Both the position numbers and the translations under genes were made by a program. A model generated the notes under the pieces. That model was not told where the DNA came from. It saw only the letters and a list, made by a program, of their open reading frames with translations, and searched no databases. Shown piece after piece: positions 1-8,909 of a DNA stretch of 64,000 bases. This stretch comes from Thermoplasmata archaeon (GTDB lineage: Archaea > Thermoplasmatota > Thermoplasmata > UBA10834): positions 23,542 to 87,541 of the forward strand of contig JAWCKF010000001.1 in the NCBI GenBank assembly GCA_038852315.1, written 5' to 3'. Position 1 is the stretch's first letter. Each line of letters starts with the position of its first letter.

Positions 1-167
1 AGAGGGTCACCTATGTGCTCTTCGCCAGCTACAAGAATCTTGGGTTGACCGCCACCCTCGCAGTCGCTCTTTTCGAACCGATGGTGGCGGTGCCCGCGAC
101 GATCTGCATAGTGTTCGAGGTCGTGTGGGTCTTGTTCCTCATCAGGTGGTATCCGAGCGTCTCCTGA
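1..167 (+). CDS. 3' end of a gene running in from upstream of the window; hydrophobic C-terminal fragment, product unknown
   Basis: Open frame from the window edge to TGA at 165-167. It encodes a hydrophobic tail (..LFASYKNLGLTATLAVALFEPMVAVPATICIVFEVVWVLFLIRWYPSVS). No start lies inside the window. Confidence 0.3.
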   Translation, partial: RVTYVLFASYKNLGLTATLAVALFEPMVAVPATICIVFEVVWVLFLIRWYPSVS

Positions 168-666
168 CCTTCCTTGCAGTCGGGCTCAGGACGGAGGAAA
201 TGCGGGTGGCTAGATGTCGGAGAAAGCCGAGGAAATCCTCCCCGGGCTCCGATCTTGACCAGCGCCAGTAACCCACCCAGAGAATCCCTCCCAAGGCAGC
301 AGCGAGGACGGCTGACTCCACAATCGCCGAATGATCTAGCGTTGCGAGCTGGAGCTCATCGAGGGCCAGATGAGAGCCCCAGAAGAGCAGGGGTATGCAC
401 AGCCGCCAGCCGACAGAAAGGTATCCGACGATGAAGGCTCCCTCAGGATGATGAAAGGCTGACTTCCAGGGCAGCCCGGAACCATCCTCCCAAGTGGGAG
501 CCAGGAGGGCGCCCCAGCCGTTGTCAGAGACATACCTGGGAGCTGCGAACAGATGGTCGATGTCCAGAAAAAGGCCGAAAGTCAGCGCCACGAACCACTC
601 GTCTCTGTCGAGGTTCATCAGCATGCCCAGGAGCACAGCGACAGCAAGATGGGTTGTCGTCAGCAT
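142..666 (-). CDS. polytopic membrane protein with His-rich motifs (DIDHL, HHPEG); possibly a membrane-bound metal-dependent hydrolase
   Basis: 187-aa ORF. The internal ATG at 666 (MLTTTHLAVAVLLGML) starts directly at a hydrophobic helix. Several TM helices. The upstream extension overlaps the cbiM promoter region. Confidence 0.5.
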   Translation of the reverse strand: MLTTTHLAVAVLLGMLMNLDRDEWFVALTFGLFLDIDHLFAAPRYVSDNGWGALLAPTWEDGSGLPWKSAFHHPEGAFIVGYLSVGWRLCIPLLFWGSHLALDELQLATLDHSAIVESAVLAAALGGILWVGYWRWSRSEPGEDFLGFLRHLATRISSVLSPTARKVRRRSDTT

Positions 667-846
667 TGATTCACTTCTTCCGGCCCGCGACGGCGGAGAA
701 CGCACGAAGCCAATTGTCCCACCACATATTCCACGGTTTCGGGGCGGATATCACCATTAATAATAGGATACACCACGCTCGGCGCCGTTATTAAGTCTGG
801 CGAAGAAGTTATTAACTCACGCAGGCGCTCGTTGTCCGGAGTGCAT

Positions 847-1539
847 ATGGCGCACATACACCTGGAGGACGGCGCGTTCACGCCCCTCTGGATTGCGGCA
901 TGGTCGCTGGTCGCCGCAGCCCTGATAGCGACTGCGCTTCTCGTGCTCAGAAGAGAGAGACTCTCGCCACGGAACGTCGCCATCGCGGCAATGTGTGCCT
1001 CAGTCGGGTTCGCCGTGTTCCAGGTGGAGATACCGACCCCGCTAGGGCCGGTCCACATGAACTTCACGCCTCTGATAGGCATACTCGTCGGGCCGAGTCT
1101 GGGCAGCATCGTCGTGCTCGTGATCAACCTGTTCAGTGCGGCAATAGGACATGGCGGCTGGGGCATGATAGGTCCGAACTCGATAGTCAACATTGCAGAG
1201 GTACTCACAGCATACTACCTCTTCCGGATGCTCAGGGTGCGCATGGGTAGGAGTGACAAATGGTCCGGCTTCATCGCGACCTTCCTGGCGCTGGCGCTCA
1301 GCGCGCTCCTCGTCGTGGTGATAGTGACCATCTCAGAAATCCAAGGCTCGGAGCTGACCCGGGAGCAGACCTTCGCCAACCTCACGGTGCTCGCAGCGAT
1401 CAACATCGGTGCGGGCGCAGTCGAGGGCATAGTGACGGGATATGTCGTCTCCTTCATCGGGCGCGTGCGCCCGGACCTGCTCGCGCGCTATGGGCGGCGG
1501 GAGGCTTGGGCGGCCCCGAACAAGTCTGCCGGCGGGTGA
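847..1539 (+). CDS. cbiM: ECF transporter substrate-specific component CbiM/NikM (Co/Ni uptake)
   Basis: N-terminus MAHIHLEDG matches the conserved CbiM Met-His-Ile start. Multi-TM protein. Immediately followed by cbiQ and cbiO. Confidence 0.8.
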   Translation: MAHIHLEDGAFTPLWIAAWSLVAAALIATALLVLRRERLSPRNVAIAAMCASVGFAVFQVEIPTPLGPVHMNFTPLIGILVGPSLGSIVVLVINLFSAAIGHGGWGMIGPNSIVNIAEVLTAYYLFRMLRVRMGRSDKWSGFIATFLALALSALLVVVIVTISEIQGSELTREQTFANLTVLAAINIGAGAVEGIVTGYVVSFIGRVRPDLLARYGRREAWAAPNKSAGG

Positions 1540-1588
1540 TCGAACGGGTAGGAGATCCTATTCCACGCACATACCCGACTTCAGGCTG

Positions 1589-2374
1589 ATGACTTGGACG
1601 GGCGAGACGGGCAGGAGCCCGGTGCACGCGGCCAACCCTTGGACCAAGGCCGCGCTGCTCTTCGTCGTCGTGGGACTGGTGACTGTCATGTTGGACCTCT
1701 ACCTGGTACTGCTGCTCCTGCTCATCACCATCGCCGTCTACACAGTGGCCGGCCTCCCCCTGAGACTCCTCGTAGGCTGGTGGACGTTGCCTCTCTTCTT
1801 CGTCGTCTCCCTGTCTGTCGTATTCGTCTTTACTGAGCCCGGGACCGTCCTCGCGAGCGCAAGACTTGCGGGGATGAGGATCTCGATCACGGACAAAGGG
1901 CTGGAGCTGATGGCGATCCTGATTGCGAAAGCCCTCGCAGTCGTGACTTACTCCCTGACCGTTTTCATGAGCACGCGCTACAACGATATCGCTTACATCG
2001 CGTACAGGATAATGCCGAGGACAATAGCGAACATCTTCCTGCTCAGCTACAGGTTCATGTTCGAGACGTCTGACGAGTTCTCCGACGTGCTAGATGCGAT
2101 ACACTCCAGGAGCGGGAGCGTCGCGAGGGGCGTCGTTAGACATTCGAGGGCCTACGCCGGGATATTCGGCCTCGCCTTCGTCCACGCGTTCGAGCGGGCC
2201 GAGGCCATCTCGAAGGCGATGGAGGCGAGGGGATACTCCGGAAGCCTGCCAGTATCGGGGGTGGTCTCCAGGCCGGGACCCGGTGGTCTTCTCGCGGTCG
2301 CTGGTGGCGTCCTCGCACTCGCGGTCGCTGTCTACTTGAGATACATCGACGGAACGGTCGTGATCTGGCGGTGA
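1589..2374 (+). CDS. cbiQ: ECF transporter transmembrane (T) component CbiQ
   Basis: Polytopic membrane protein with typical CbiQ architecture, between cbiM and cbiO. ATG at 1589; the longer ORF from 1442 is an Arg-rich non-coding extension. The stop overlaps the cbiO start. Confidence 0.75.
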   Translation: MTWTGETGRSPVHAANPWTKAALLFVVVGLVTVMLDLYLVLLLLLITIAVYTVAGLPLRLLVGWWTLPLFFVVSLSVVFVFTEPGTVLASARLAGMRISITDKGLELMAILIAKALAVVTYSLTVFMSTRYNDIAYIAYRIMPRTIANIFLLSYRFMFETSDEFSDVLDAIHSRSGSVARGVVRHSRAYAGIFGLAFVHAFERAEAISKAMEARGYSGSLPVSGVVSRPGPGGLLAVAGGVLALAVAVYLRYIDGTVVIWR

Positions 2375-2379
2375 GAGGC

Positions 2380-3279
2380 ATGACGATGGCGGAAGGATGC
2401 ACCAAATGCCCGGAGGGCGGAGAACCGATAATACACGTGGACTGCGTGACGCACAGGTACCCTGACGGCACGGAGGGGATACACAACATGTGCTTCAGGG
2501 TATACGCCAAGGAGATCGTTGCACTGTGCGGCCCCAACGGCGCTGGCAAGTCGACCCTCATAGAGCACCTGAACGGACTCATGATGCCCGACATTGGGCG
2601 CGTCAGGATATTCGGCATGGACATAGACAAGGGCAACCTCGCCCCCATCAGGAGGATGGTTGGGCTCGTCTTCCAGGATCCCGATTCCCAGCTGTTCTCG
2701 CCTACCGTCCTCGACGACGTGATGTTCGGACCGCTCAACCTGGGGCTGTCGCCAAAGGAGGCCCGCGAGAGGGCGGAATGGGCGCTCGAGGTCGTCGGCA
2801 TGAAGGAGACCCGCAAGATACCTCACTATCTCAGCGGTGGGCAGAAGAGGCTCGTGGCGATTGCCGGCGTGCTCGCGATGAAGCCCAAGATACTCGTCGC
2901 GGACGAGCCAACTGGAGACCTCGACCCGACCAACGCGAAGCGCATCGAGGACCTGCTGGTGCAGCTCAGGGACAGGTTCGAGATGAGCGTCGTCGTGTCC
3001 CTGCACGACCTCGACATGGCGGCGAGGATAGCTGACAGGGTGTGCATAGTGAAGGACGGAGCCATAATAGCTGAGGGAGACCCTCGAGAGGTGCTGTACG
3101 ACGAGCAACTCCTGGCGAAAGCGGGACTCCAGCTCCCGACAGTCGCGAGGATGGTCAGGGATCTGCGTATCGAAGTGCCCGTCAGCGAACGGCCCCTCTC
3201 GATAGAGCAACTTGTCACACTCATCCAGCGCGGGAGCGGGATGCGAAGCCCCCCTGAGCCTAACAAGGACAGGGTGTAG
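2380..3279 (+). CDS. cbiO: ECF transporter ATPase component CbiO (ABC ATPase)
   Basis: Walker A GPNGAGKST, signature LSGGQKRL, Walker B ILVADEPT. The GTG at 2371 overlaps the cbiQ stop; the ATG at 2380 is the likely start. Confidence 0.85.
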   Translation: MTMAEGCTKCPEGGEPIIHVDCVTHRYPDGTEGIHNMCFRVYAKEIVALCGPNGAGKSTLIEHLNGLMMPDIGRVRIFGMDIDKGNLAPIRRMVGLVFQDPDSQLFSPTVLDDVMFGPLNLGLSPKEARERAEWALEVVGMKETRKIPHYLSGGQKRLVAIAGVLAMKPKILVADEPTGDLDPTNAKRIEDLLVQLRDRFEMSVVVSLHDLDMAARIADRVCIVKDGAIIAEGDPREVLYDEQLLAKAGLQLPTVARMVRDLRIEVPVSERPLSIEQLVTLIQRGSGMRSPPEPNKDRV

Positions 3280-3326
3280 AACAGAAGACAAAGGGTTTGA
3301 GGGCCTGACCTGGCCAGCGAAAGCCC

Positions 3327-6300
3327 CTATAGCTCGTCGTCCTCAGGCGGTCCCCTATCATCCTTGCCCTCATCGGAGGGTCCTCCGCCCTTCGCAGAAC
3401 GCTCTCCCGAAGGCTTGCGTCCGCCCTTGCGCATGAGCGCAGCCAACAGAGCGACCACGATCACAGCGACGATCACCGCGATCGCCCACCAGTACTGGGA
3501 CGCAAAGCTCTCGGCCCTCTCCTCGACCACCACCGTCACCGTGTCAGTGTCAGTCAGGTTGCCAGCGTCGCGCACCGTCAGCGTGACTGTGTAGGTTCCT
3601 GCGATCTCGAACTTGAAGGTCGGCTGGGGTCCGTACAGACGCACTGTCCTGCCGTCGTAGGTGAACTCCCACGTGTAGTTCAGGCCGGCCGCGCCGCCGT
3701 CGTCCGTCGAGCCGCTGCCGTCAAAGCTGACCGGGTCGCCCACTCTCGCTGTGATGTCGGCTCCGGCATCGGCGACCGGGGGCGCGTTCGCAGCTGCAAC
3801 GGTTATCGTGACCGTGTCAGTGCTTGTGAGGCCGCCGGCGTCGCGGACAGTAAGCGTGATCTCGTAGATTCCCGGGGCGGAGAACGTGAAGGTCGGCTGG
3901 ATACCCCACAGTGTCACAGCCGAACCACCATAGGTGAAATTCCACGTGTAGTTCAGGGCCGGGGCGCCGCCGTCATCGAGCGAAGCTGAGCCATTGAGGG
4001 TGACTGTCGTGCCCTCGACCACGCTCAGATCGGGGCCCGCGTTGGCCGTCGGCGGGCCGTTCACAGACACGACGACGGTCGCAGTGTCGGACAGTCCATC
4101 GGAGTCCGTGACCGTCAGCGTCACAGTGTAAGTGCCGGCCAACTCGAACACGAAGCTCGGTGTCGCACCCCACAGGACCCTCGGGGAGCCTCCGTAGGTG
4201 AAGGTCCAGGTGAGGTTTAGCTGGCTGAACGTATCCAGGTCGTCCGAGCTAAGGGAGCCGTTCAGCTGCACGGTGGCGCCGACGTTCACAGCTATCCCAG
4301 AGCCGGCGTGGGCCGTCGGGGGCCCGTTCACAGTCACCGTCACCATGTCGGTGTCAGTCAGGCCACCGGAGTCGACCACGGTCAACGTGACGAGGTACAC
4401 GCCCGGAGTGTCGAACACAAAGCTCGGGCCTGCACCCCAGAGCGTGACTGGAGATCCGCCGTAGGTGAAAGTCCATGTGTAGTTCATCGTCGATGGCAGA
4501 TCCAGGTCGTCTGTCGTCGCTGACGAATCGAAGGACACGGATGTCCCCACGTTGACCCTCACGTCCGAACCTGCGCTGGCCTCAGGCGGACCGTTCACCG
4601 TCACAACGAGGGTGTCGGTGTCGTACAGGCCGTCAGTGTCGGTGACCCTGAGCAGCACATCATATGTACCCGGTATCGAGAACGTGAACGAAGGGGCGAC
4701 GCCGTACAACGTGACAGGCGAGCCCGAATAGGTCAAAGTCCACGTGAAGTTCAGCTGACCCAGCAGATCGAGGTCGTCGGACGAAGCGCCTGCGTCGAAG
4801 GTCACCGTCACTCCTTGGTTAACCAGCTGGTCGGCACCTGCGTTCGCGTGCGGCGGTGCGTTTACCACGACGGTCATCGTGTCCGTACCTCCCAAGCCCA
4901 TCGAATCAGTCACGTAAAGCGTGACGGTGAAGGTGCCCGGGGCGAGGAACTGGAACGAGGGGTTCACGCCGTACAGCACCTGCGGGTTACCCATGTAGGT
5001 GAACCGCCACTCGAGTGTCAGGTTCGAAAGGGCATCGAAGTCGTCTGTGGTACCAGACGCGTCGAAGAGGACCGTAGCCCCGACGTTGACGCGCCGGTCA
5101 GGTCCAGCGTTCGCGACGGGAGGTCCGTTGACCTTCACGAGGACGACATCCGTATCGCTGTTCCCGGCCGCGTCCCACACCGTCAGTGTCACCACATACA
5201 GACCAGGGCCGCTGAACGTGTATGCGGAAACCATGTTGTAGAACTCCCTGTACACCACGTCGACGAAGCTCCAAGTGTACTGCACGATCCCCACATTGTC
5301 GTGTGAGCCAGAACCGTTCAGTATGACCGTCGAACCGGTGTTCACGGCTATGTCGGTTCCAGCATCGGCGACCGGCGGCTCCGTGTCGTTCACGGTTATC
5401 CTCACTGTGTCGACGGCCCAGTTACCTGCCGCGTCGCTCACATTGAGCTCCACATCGTACACGCCCGCGTCCGTGAAGACGTACCACGGCCTCTCGCCGT
5501 ACAACGTCTGAAGCCCGCCGTCATAGAAGGTCCAGACATAGCTTACCACGCCCACGTTATCCGAAGATCCGGAGCCGTCGAAAGTGACGTTCGCGCCCAT
5601 GTCCACAAACTGGTCAGGGCCGGCGTCCGCGATTGGCGGTGTCACGTCAAGCACCGTTACCAGGAGCCAGCTGTACGCCGACTCTTGTCCCGCCGTATCC
5701 CTCACCAGCAGGTACACGTAGTATGCTCCGGGCTCAGCGAAAGTGTACTCAACATACGCACCGTACAGCTCGACGCCGAACGAAGGTATGGTCCAGGTGT
5801 AGTTGACGATGCCGACATCGTCGTACGACGCGGAACCGTCAAAGTACACGACGGTGTCCTCGTCTACCGTCTGGTCAGGGCCCGCCACCGCCGTCGGCGG
5901 CATGTCAGGGCCGACATGGACGGTCATCGTGTCCGCCGACACGTGGTTCGCGCCGTCCACGACATACAACCACACAACGTATGTCCCAGTGGAGTTGAAG
6001 CAGCTGGTGACGACTTCGCCGTGGAGGGTTATCGTCTGCCAACCGTCGAAGTAGCTCCACTCGTAGCCGACTATCCCCACGTTGTCACTCGAGCCCCTGC
6101 CGTCCAGGGTTACCGTTGTATTCTCCACCACCCACTGGTCCGGGCCTGCATCGGCAACTGGCGGATCGTTGTCGACCGTGAAGTTCGTGAACTTCGCGTT
6201 CCCTAAGTCGCCCCAGTCCTGGACGAAGAACAGGCTCTTGTAGTCGCCGCTGGGAACGCGCTCGTCGTAGGTGAACCACATGTCAGTCGCCGAGAACGAC

Positions 6301-8852
6301 CCCAGCGCCTTCCAGCTCATGTCTATCGGCCACTGCATCACCGAATAGTCGAACTCGGCTACCACAGTCCGCGGCTCGAACACGCCGGTCGGGTCAGGGG
6401 CCGGGATGAACATGCTCATCCAGAACGACCAGAAGCCGAGGAACTCGCCCGTCGTCGAGTTGAAGAAGGCCGCGCCCTCGCTCGTCGGCAAGGTCGCGTT
6501 CCGGTAGTAGCCATTGAGCGCGTAGACCATATCTGACCCGAGCCACATACTGGTCGCTGCCAGGTACATTTCCTGTGTCGAATCGCTCAACCAACCGGCG
6601 CTCGTAAGGCCGTTGAACTCCTCGTAGACGGTGTAGTTGCTGCCCATCCGCACGTGGTTCAAGTTCGAGCTCATCTCCCATGGGTCGTAGCTCGCGGACT
6701 TGTACTCGATCAGAGTGTAGTTCTCTCTGAGGCCTGTGCCGTTCCACTTCATGAAGTAGATGAGCGTCATCGAGCGGAGGTTGTCTTCCTCGACCCACGC
6801 GGTGATCTCGCACGGATTCGTCCAGGAGATGTTGGCCAAGGGGCTCTGGACGTATGTCAGGCCAGGGCTCATCGTATCTGGGCTCAAGCTGACGCTCATA
6901 GGATAGTCTGAAAAGCCTGTCGTGTCTATGGTGCCGAAATACGGCGCGTGAGAGTAGGCAGTGCACCTAACCGACAGCTCGTATGGTGGCACGTACATCT
7001 CGTACGCCCCCGCGGGGTCCGTCCAAGTGCTGTTCTCATAGCCTGTCTCCATTATCCTGACGGTCACCATGGCGTTCATTATCGGAAGCCCCGTGGTCGC
7101 ATCGTCGACCACGCCGTGCAGCCTCACCGTGGTCGGCGGGTTCCACGGCATGAGGGAGACATTGTGATACGCTTCGGAAAGCGGTTCCACATGGACCATC
7201 GCTGAATAGGTGCTGTAGTCCATCGCGTGGACTTCCATGTAGAGGTCGCCGTCTGTCACACACATCTCGTAGTCGCCGGTGGAGTTCGTCATCGTGCCGT
7301 TGCCCCACCACCCGGTGTTGACCCACACGCTTGCCCCGACGACCGGGGCGCCCGTGAACGCATCCTGGACATGACCCTTCAGAACTGCGTTCTGCCAGGG
7401 CATCATCGCGAAGTCCCACACGTTTGGGCCTGGAATCACCGTGAAGTTGGCGACATATGGCTTGTGGTCCCAGTGCCATGCTTCCACGGTGTACTCACCT
7501 GAGGGCAGCTGCACGCTGTAATGCCCAGTATCGTCGGAATTGGTCCATGTGTCGTAGCCGGGAGACATGAGATGGATGTTGGCCCACTGGACGGGCGCGC
7601 TCGTGAGCGCGTCGGTGACATACCCTTCCAGCCACGAATCGAACGGCGTGAGCTGGAAGTCGTACCACAGCTCCTCGCCAGCAGACACATTGATGATGTG
7701 GTAGCTCGCAGAGTAGCCGTCCTGCTGCGCGACCAGGTAGAGGTCCGTGCCGACGAACGCGTCGAGCTTGTAGAAGCCCGAGCTGTCTGTAGTCGCCATG
7801 GATATGTTGCCGGTCATGTCGGGACGGTCGAGAAGCACTACACGCGCCCACATTATCGGGTCGCCGGTAGTCGAGTCGGTGACGTTGCCCTTTATGAAAG
7901 CCTCGGTCTTCCTGAGCTGGGCGTCCTGCCTGACGCTCGAGCCAGGGTCGATCCACACGTTGTCGAGAATCTTCATCGTGTAGCCGGACCGCTGTATCAT
8001 CACCCGCGCGTTCCCGCTCTGCACGTTCATACTGTAGTATCCTGAGGCGTCCGTCAGAGTGAGGTTGTCGTAGTTGTCCCAACCGGTCTCAACCTCTATG
8101 CTCACTACCGCTGACTTGATGGGCAGGCCAGTGTCGATGTCCGTCACATAGCCATAGACGACGGCGTTGTCTGAATACACCCGAGGCTGCAGAGTCACAT
8201 TGAACCAATAGGTGTTGCCTGAGACGAGGGGCGAGTCCGTCCCGTTCTCGTTCATAGGATAGCCTGGGAAGTCCATCGCAATCGCACCTCCGCCCCTCGG
8301 TCCGGGGATGACATTGACTGAGAAGAAACCGGTCGGGTCCGGAACCGTGATGTTCGCGTAGTATGGGGCGTCCCCGCCCAGCGGATTGTTGGTCAGACCG
8401 AGAACATGCCCGTCTGACCGCGGGTTGCCGTACTCGTCCTTGACGTATCCGACTATGGTCACATCCTTCGGCTCCGATATCGGCGTGAGAGTGAAGTCGG
8501 CTGCGCCGACCTCCCCCGGCGCGACCCTCGCCATCTGTATCGACATGTAGTAATCAGGGTGAGCTGCGAAGACGACGTAGTCGAGGCCCCCCGGCACACC
8601 GCACGTGTACTGCCCGTTCGAATCCGTGAAGGAATAGTTGATCTCTATGCCATCGCCCATCATCAGCATGATCTTCACATAGGTGTTCTCTATCGGGTTG
8701 ACACCGTCGGTGACTCGCCCGGATATGTAAGCGTCCTCCTCCCAAGCCGACGACCCTCCGGGAAACAGAACAAGGAAGGCCGCCGCAGACATGATTGCGC
8801 ACACTGCCACCGAACACAGTCCTTTCAGCCGGTGACCTCTATCGCTCGACAT
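3327..8852 (-). CDS. giant cell-surface protein: signal peptide, about 7 CarboxypepD_reg-like domains, about 10 PKD domains, C-terminal TM anchor with a charged cytoplasmic tail
   Basis: ATG at 8852 is followed by the signal peptide MSSDRGHRLKGLCSVAVCAIMSAAAFLVLFPGGSSA. Repeated G(Y/H)V(T/K)D..G.P modules, then repeats of PPxA(D/N)AG.D..V..G..V.(L/F)DGS.S.D..G(I/V)..Y.W. The protein ends with a TM helix plus a KGG/DE-rich tail. The ORF upstream of 8852 (to 9011) lacks signal-peptide character. Confidence 0.85.
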   Translation of the reverse strand: MSSDRGHRLKGLCSVAVCAIMSAAAFLVLFPGGSSAWEEDAYISGRVTDGVNPIENTYVKIMLMMGDGIEINYSFTDSNGQYTCGVPGGLDYVVFAAHPDYYMSIQMARVAPGEVGAADFTLTPISEPKDVTIVGYVKDEYGNPRSDGHVLGLTNNPLGGDAPYYANITVPDPTGFFSVNVIPGPRGGGAIAMDFPGYPMNENGTDSPLVSGNTYWFNVTLQPRVYSDNAVVYGYVTDIDTGLPIKSAVVSIEVETGWDNYDNLTLTDASGYYSMNVQSGNARVMIQRSGYTMKILDNVWIDPGSSVRQDAQLRKTEAFIKGNVTDSTTGDPIMWARVVLLDRPDMTGNISMATTDSSGFYKLDAFVGTDLYLVAQQDGYSASYHIINVSAGEELWYDFQLTPFDSWLEGYVTDALTSAPVQWANIHLMSPGYDTWTNSDDTGHYSVQLPSGEYTVEAWHWDHKPYVANFTVIPGPNVWDFAMMPWQNAVLKGHVQDAFTGAPVVGASVWVNTGWWGNGTMTNSTGDYEMCVTDGDLYMEVHAMDYSTYSAMVHVEPLSEAYHNVSLMPWNPPTTVRLHGVVDDATTGLPIMNAMVTVRIMETGYENSTWTDPAGAYEMYVPPYELSVRCTAYSHAPYFGTIDTTGFSDYPMSVSLSPDTMSPGLTYVQSPLANISWTNPCEITAWVEEDNLRSMTLIYFMKWNGTGLRENYTLIEYKSASYDPWEMSSNLNHVRMGSNYTVYEEFNGLTSAGWLSDSTQEMYLAATSMWLGSDMVYALNGYYRNATLPTSEGAAFFNSTTGEFLGFWSFWMSMFIPAPDPTGVFEPRTVVAEFDYSVMQWPIDMSWKALGSFSATDMWFTYDERVPSGDYKSLFFVQDWGDLGNAKFTNFTVDNDPPVADAGPDQWVVENTTVTLDGRGSSDNVGIVGYEWSYFDGWQTITLHGEVVTSCFNSTGTYVVWLYVVDGANHVSADTMTVHVGPDMPPTAVAGPDQTVDEDTVVYFDGSASYDDVGIVNYTWTIPSFGVELYGAYVEYTFAEPGAYYVYLLVRDTAGQESAYSWLLVTVLDVTPPIADAGPDQFVDMGANVTFDGSGSSDNVGVVSYVWTFYDGGLQTLYGERPWYVFTDAGVYDVELNVSDAAGNWAVDTVRITVNDTEPPVADAGTDIAVNTGSTVILNGSGSHDNVGIVQYTWSFVDVVYREFYNMVSAYTFSGPGLYVVTLTVWDAAGNSDTDVVLVKVNGPPVANAGPDRRVNVGATVLFDASGTTDDFDALSNLTLEWRFTYMGNPQVLYGVNPSFQFLAPGTFTVTLYVTDSMGLGGTDTMTVVVNAPPHANAGADQLVNQGVTVTFDAGASSDDLDLLGQLNFTWTLTYSGSPVTLYGVAPSFTFSIPGTYDVLLRVTDTDGLYDTDTLVVTVNGPPEASAGSDVRVNVGTSVSFDSSATTDDLDLPSTMNYTWTFTYGGSPVTLWGAGPSFVFDTPGVYLVTLTVVDSGGLTDTDMVTVTVNGPPTAHAGSGIAVNVGATVQLNGSLSSDDLDTFSQLNLTWTFTYGGSPRVLWGATPSFVFELAGTYTVTLTVTDSDGLSDTATVVVSVNGPPTANAGPDLSVVEGTTVTLNGSASLDDGGAPALNYTWNFTYGGSAVTLWGIQPTFTFSAPGIYEITLTVRDAGGLTSTDTVTITVAAANAPPVADAGADITARVGDPVSFDGSGSTDDGGAAGLNYTWEFTYDGRTVRLYGPQPTFKFEIAGTYTVTLTVRDAGNLTDTDTVTVVVEERAESFASQYWWAIAVIVAVIVVALLAALMRKGGRKPSGERSAKGGGPSDEGKDDRGPPEDDEL
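3560..6200. repeat. tandem, diverged direct repeats of about 255 bp coding the PKD-domain array
   Basis: Recurrent nucleotide blocks (e.g. ggcccgttcacagtcaccgtcac... / ...gtcaacgtgac) coincide with the 85-aa PKD repeats. They generate many spurious antisense ORFs. Confidence 0.6.
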
Positions 8853-8909
8853 AGACACAACAACTCCTCGCAGGTATAGCCTTGTCAGCCACGCCTTTCG
8901 TCTCGGGGG

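Noticed and set aside
660-1250. ORFs 660..1208 (-) and 900..1250 (+) overlapping cbiM
   Set aside because: They lie antisense to or out of frame with a well-supported CbiM gene. Composition is typical of high-GC shadow ORFs.
3560-6200. Possible CRISPR array or mobile-element repeats
   Set aside because: The periodic repeats are about 255 bp, diverged, and in frame within a coding sequence (PKD domains). No short identical repeats with unique spacers, no cas genes, no integrase or transposase anywhere in the window.
3364-8082. Many 60-195 aa ORFs on both strands inside the giant PKD surface-protein gene
   Set aside because: All are nested in one continuous 1841-codon frame with clear domain repeats. 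Repetitive high-GC DNA generates long stop-free shadow frames.
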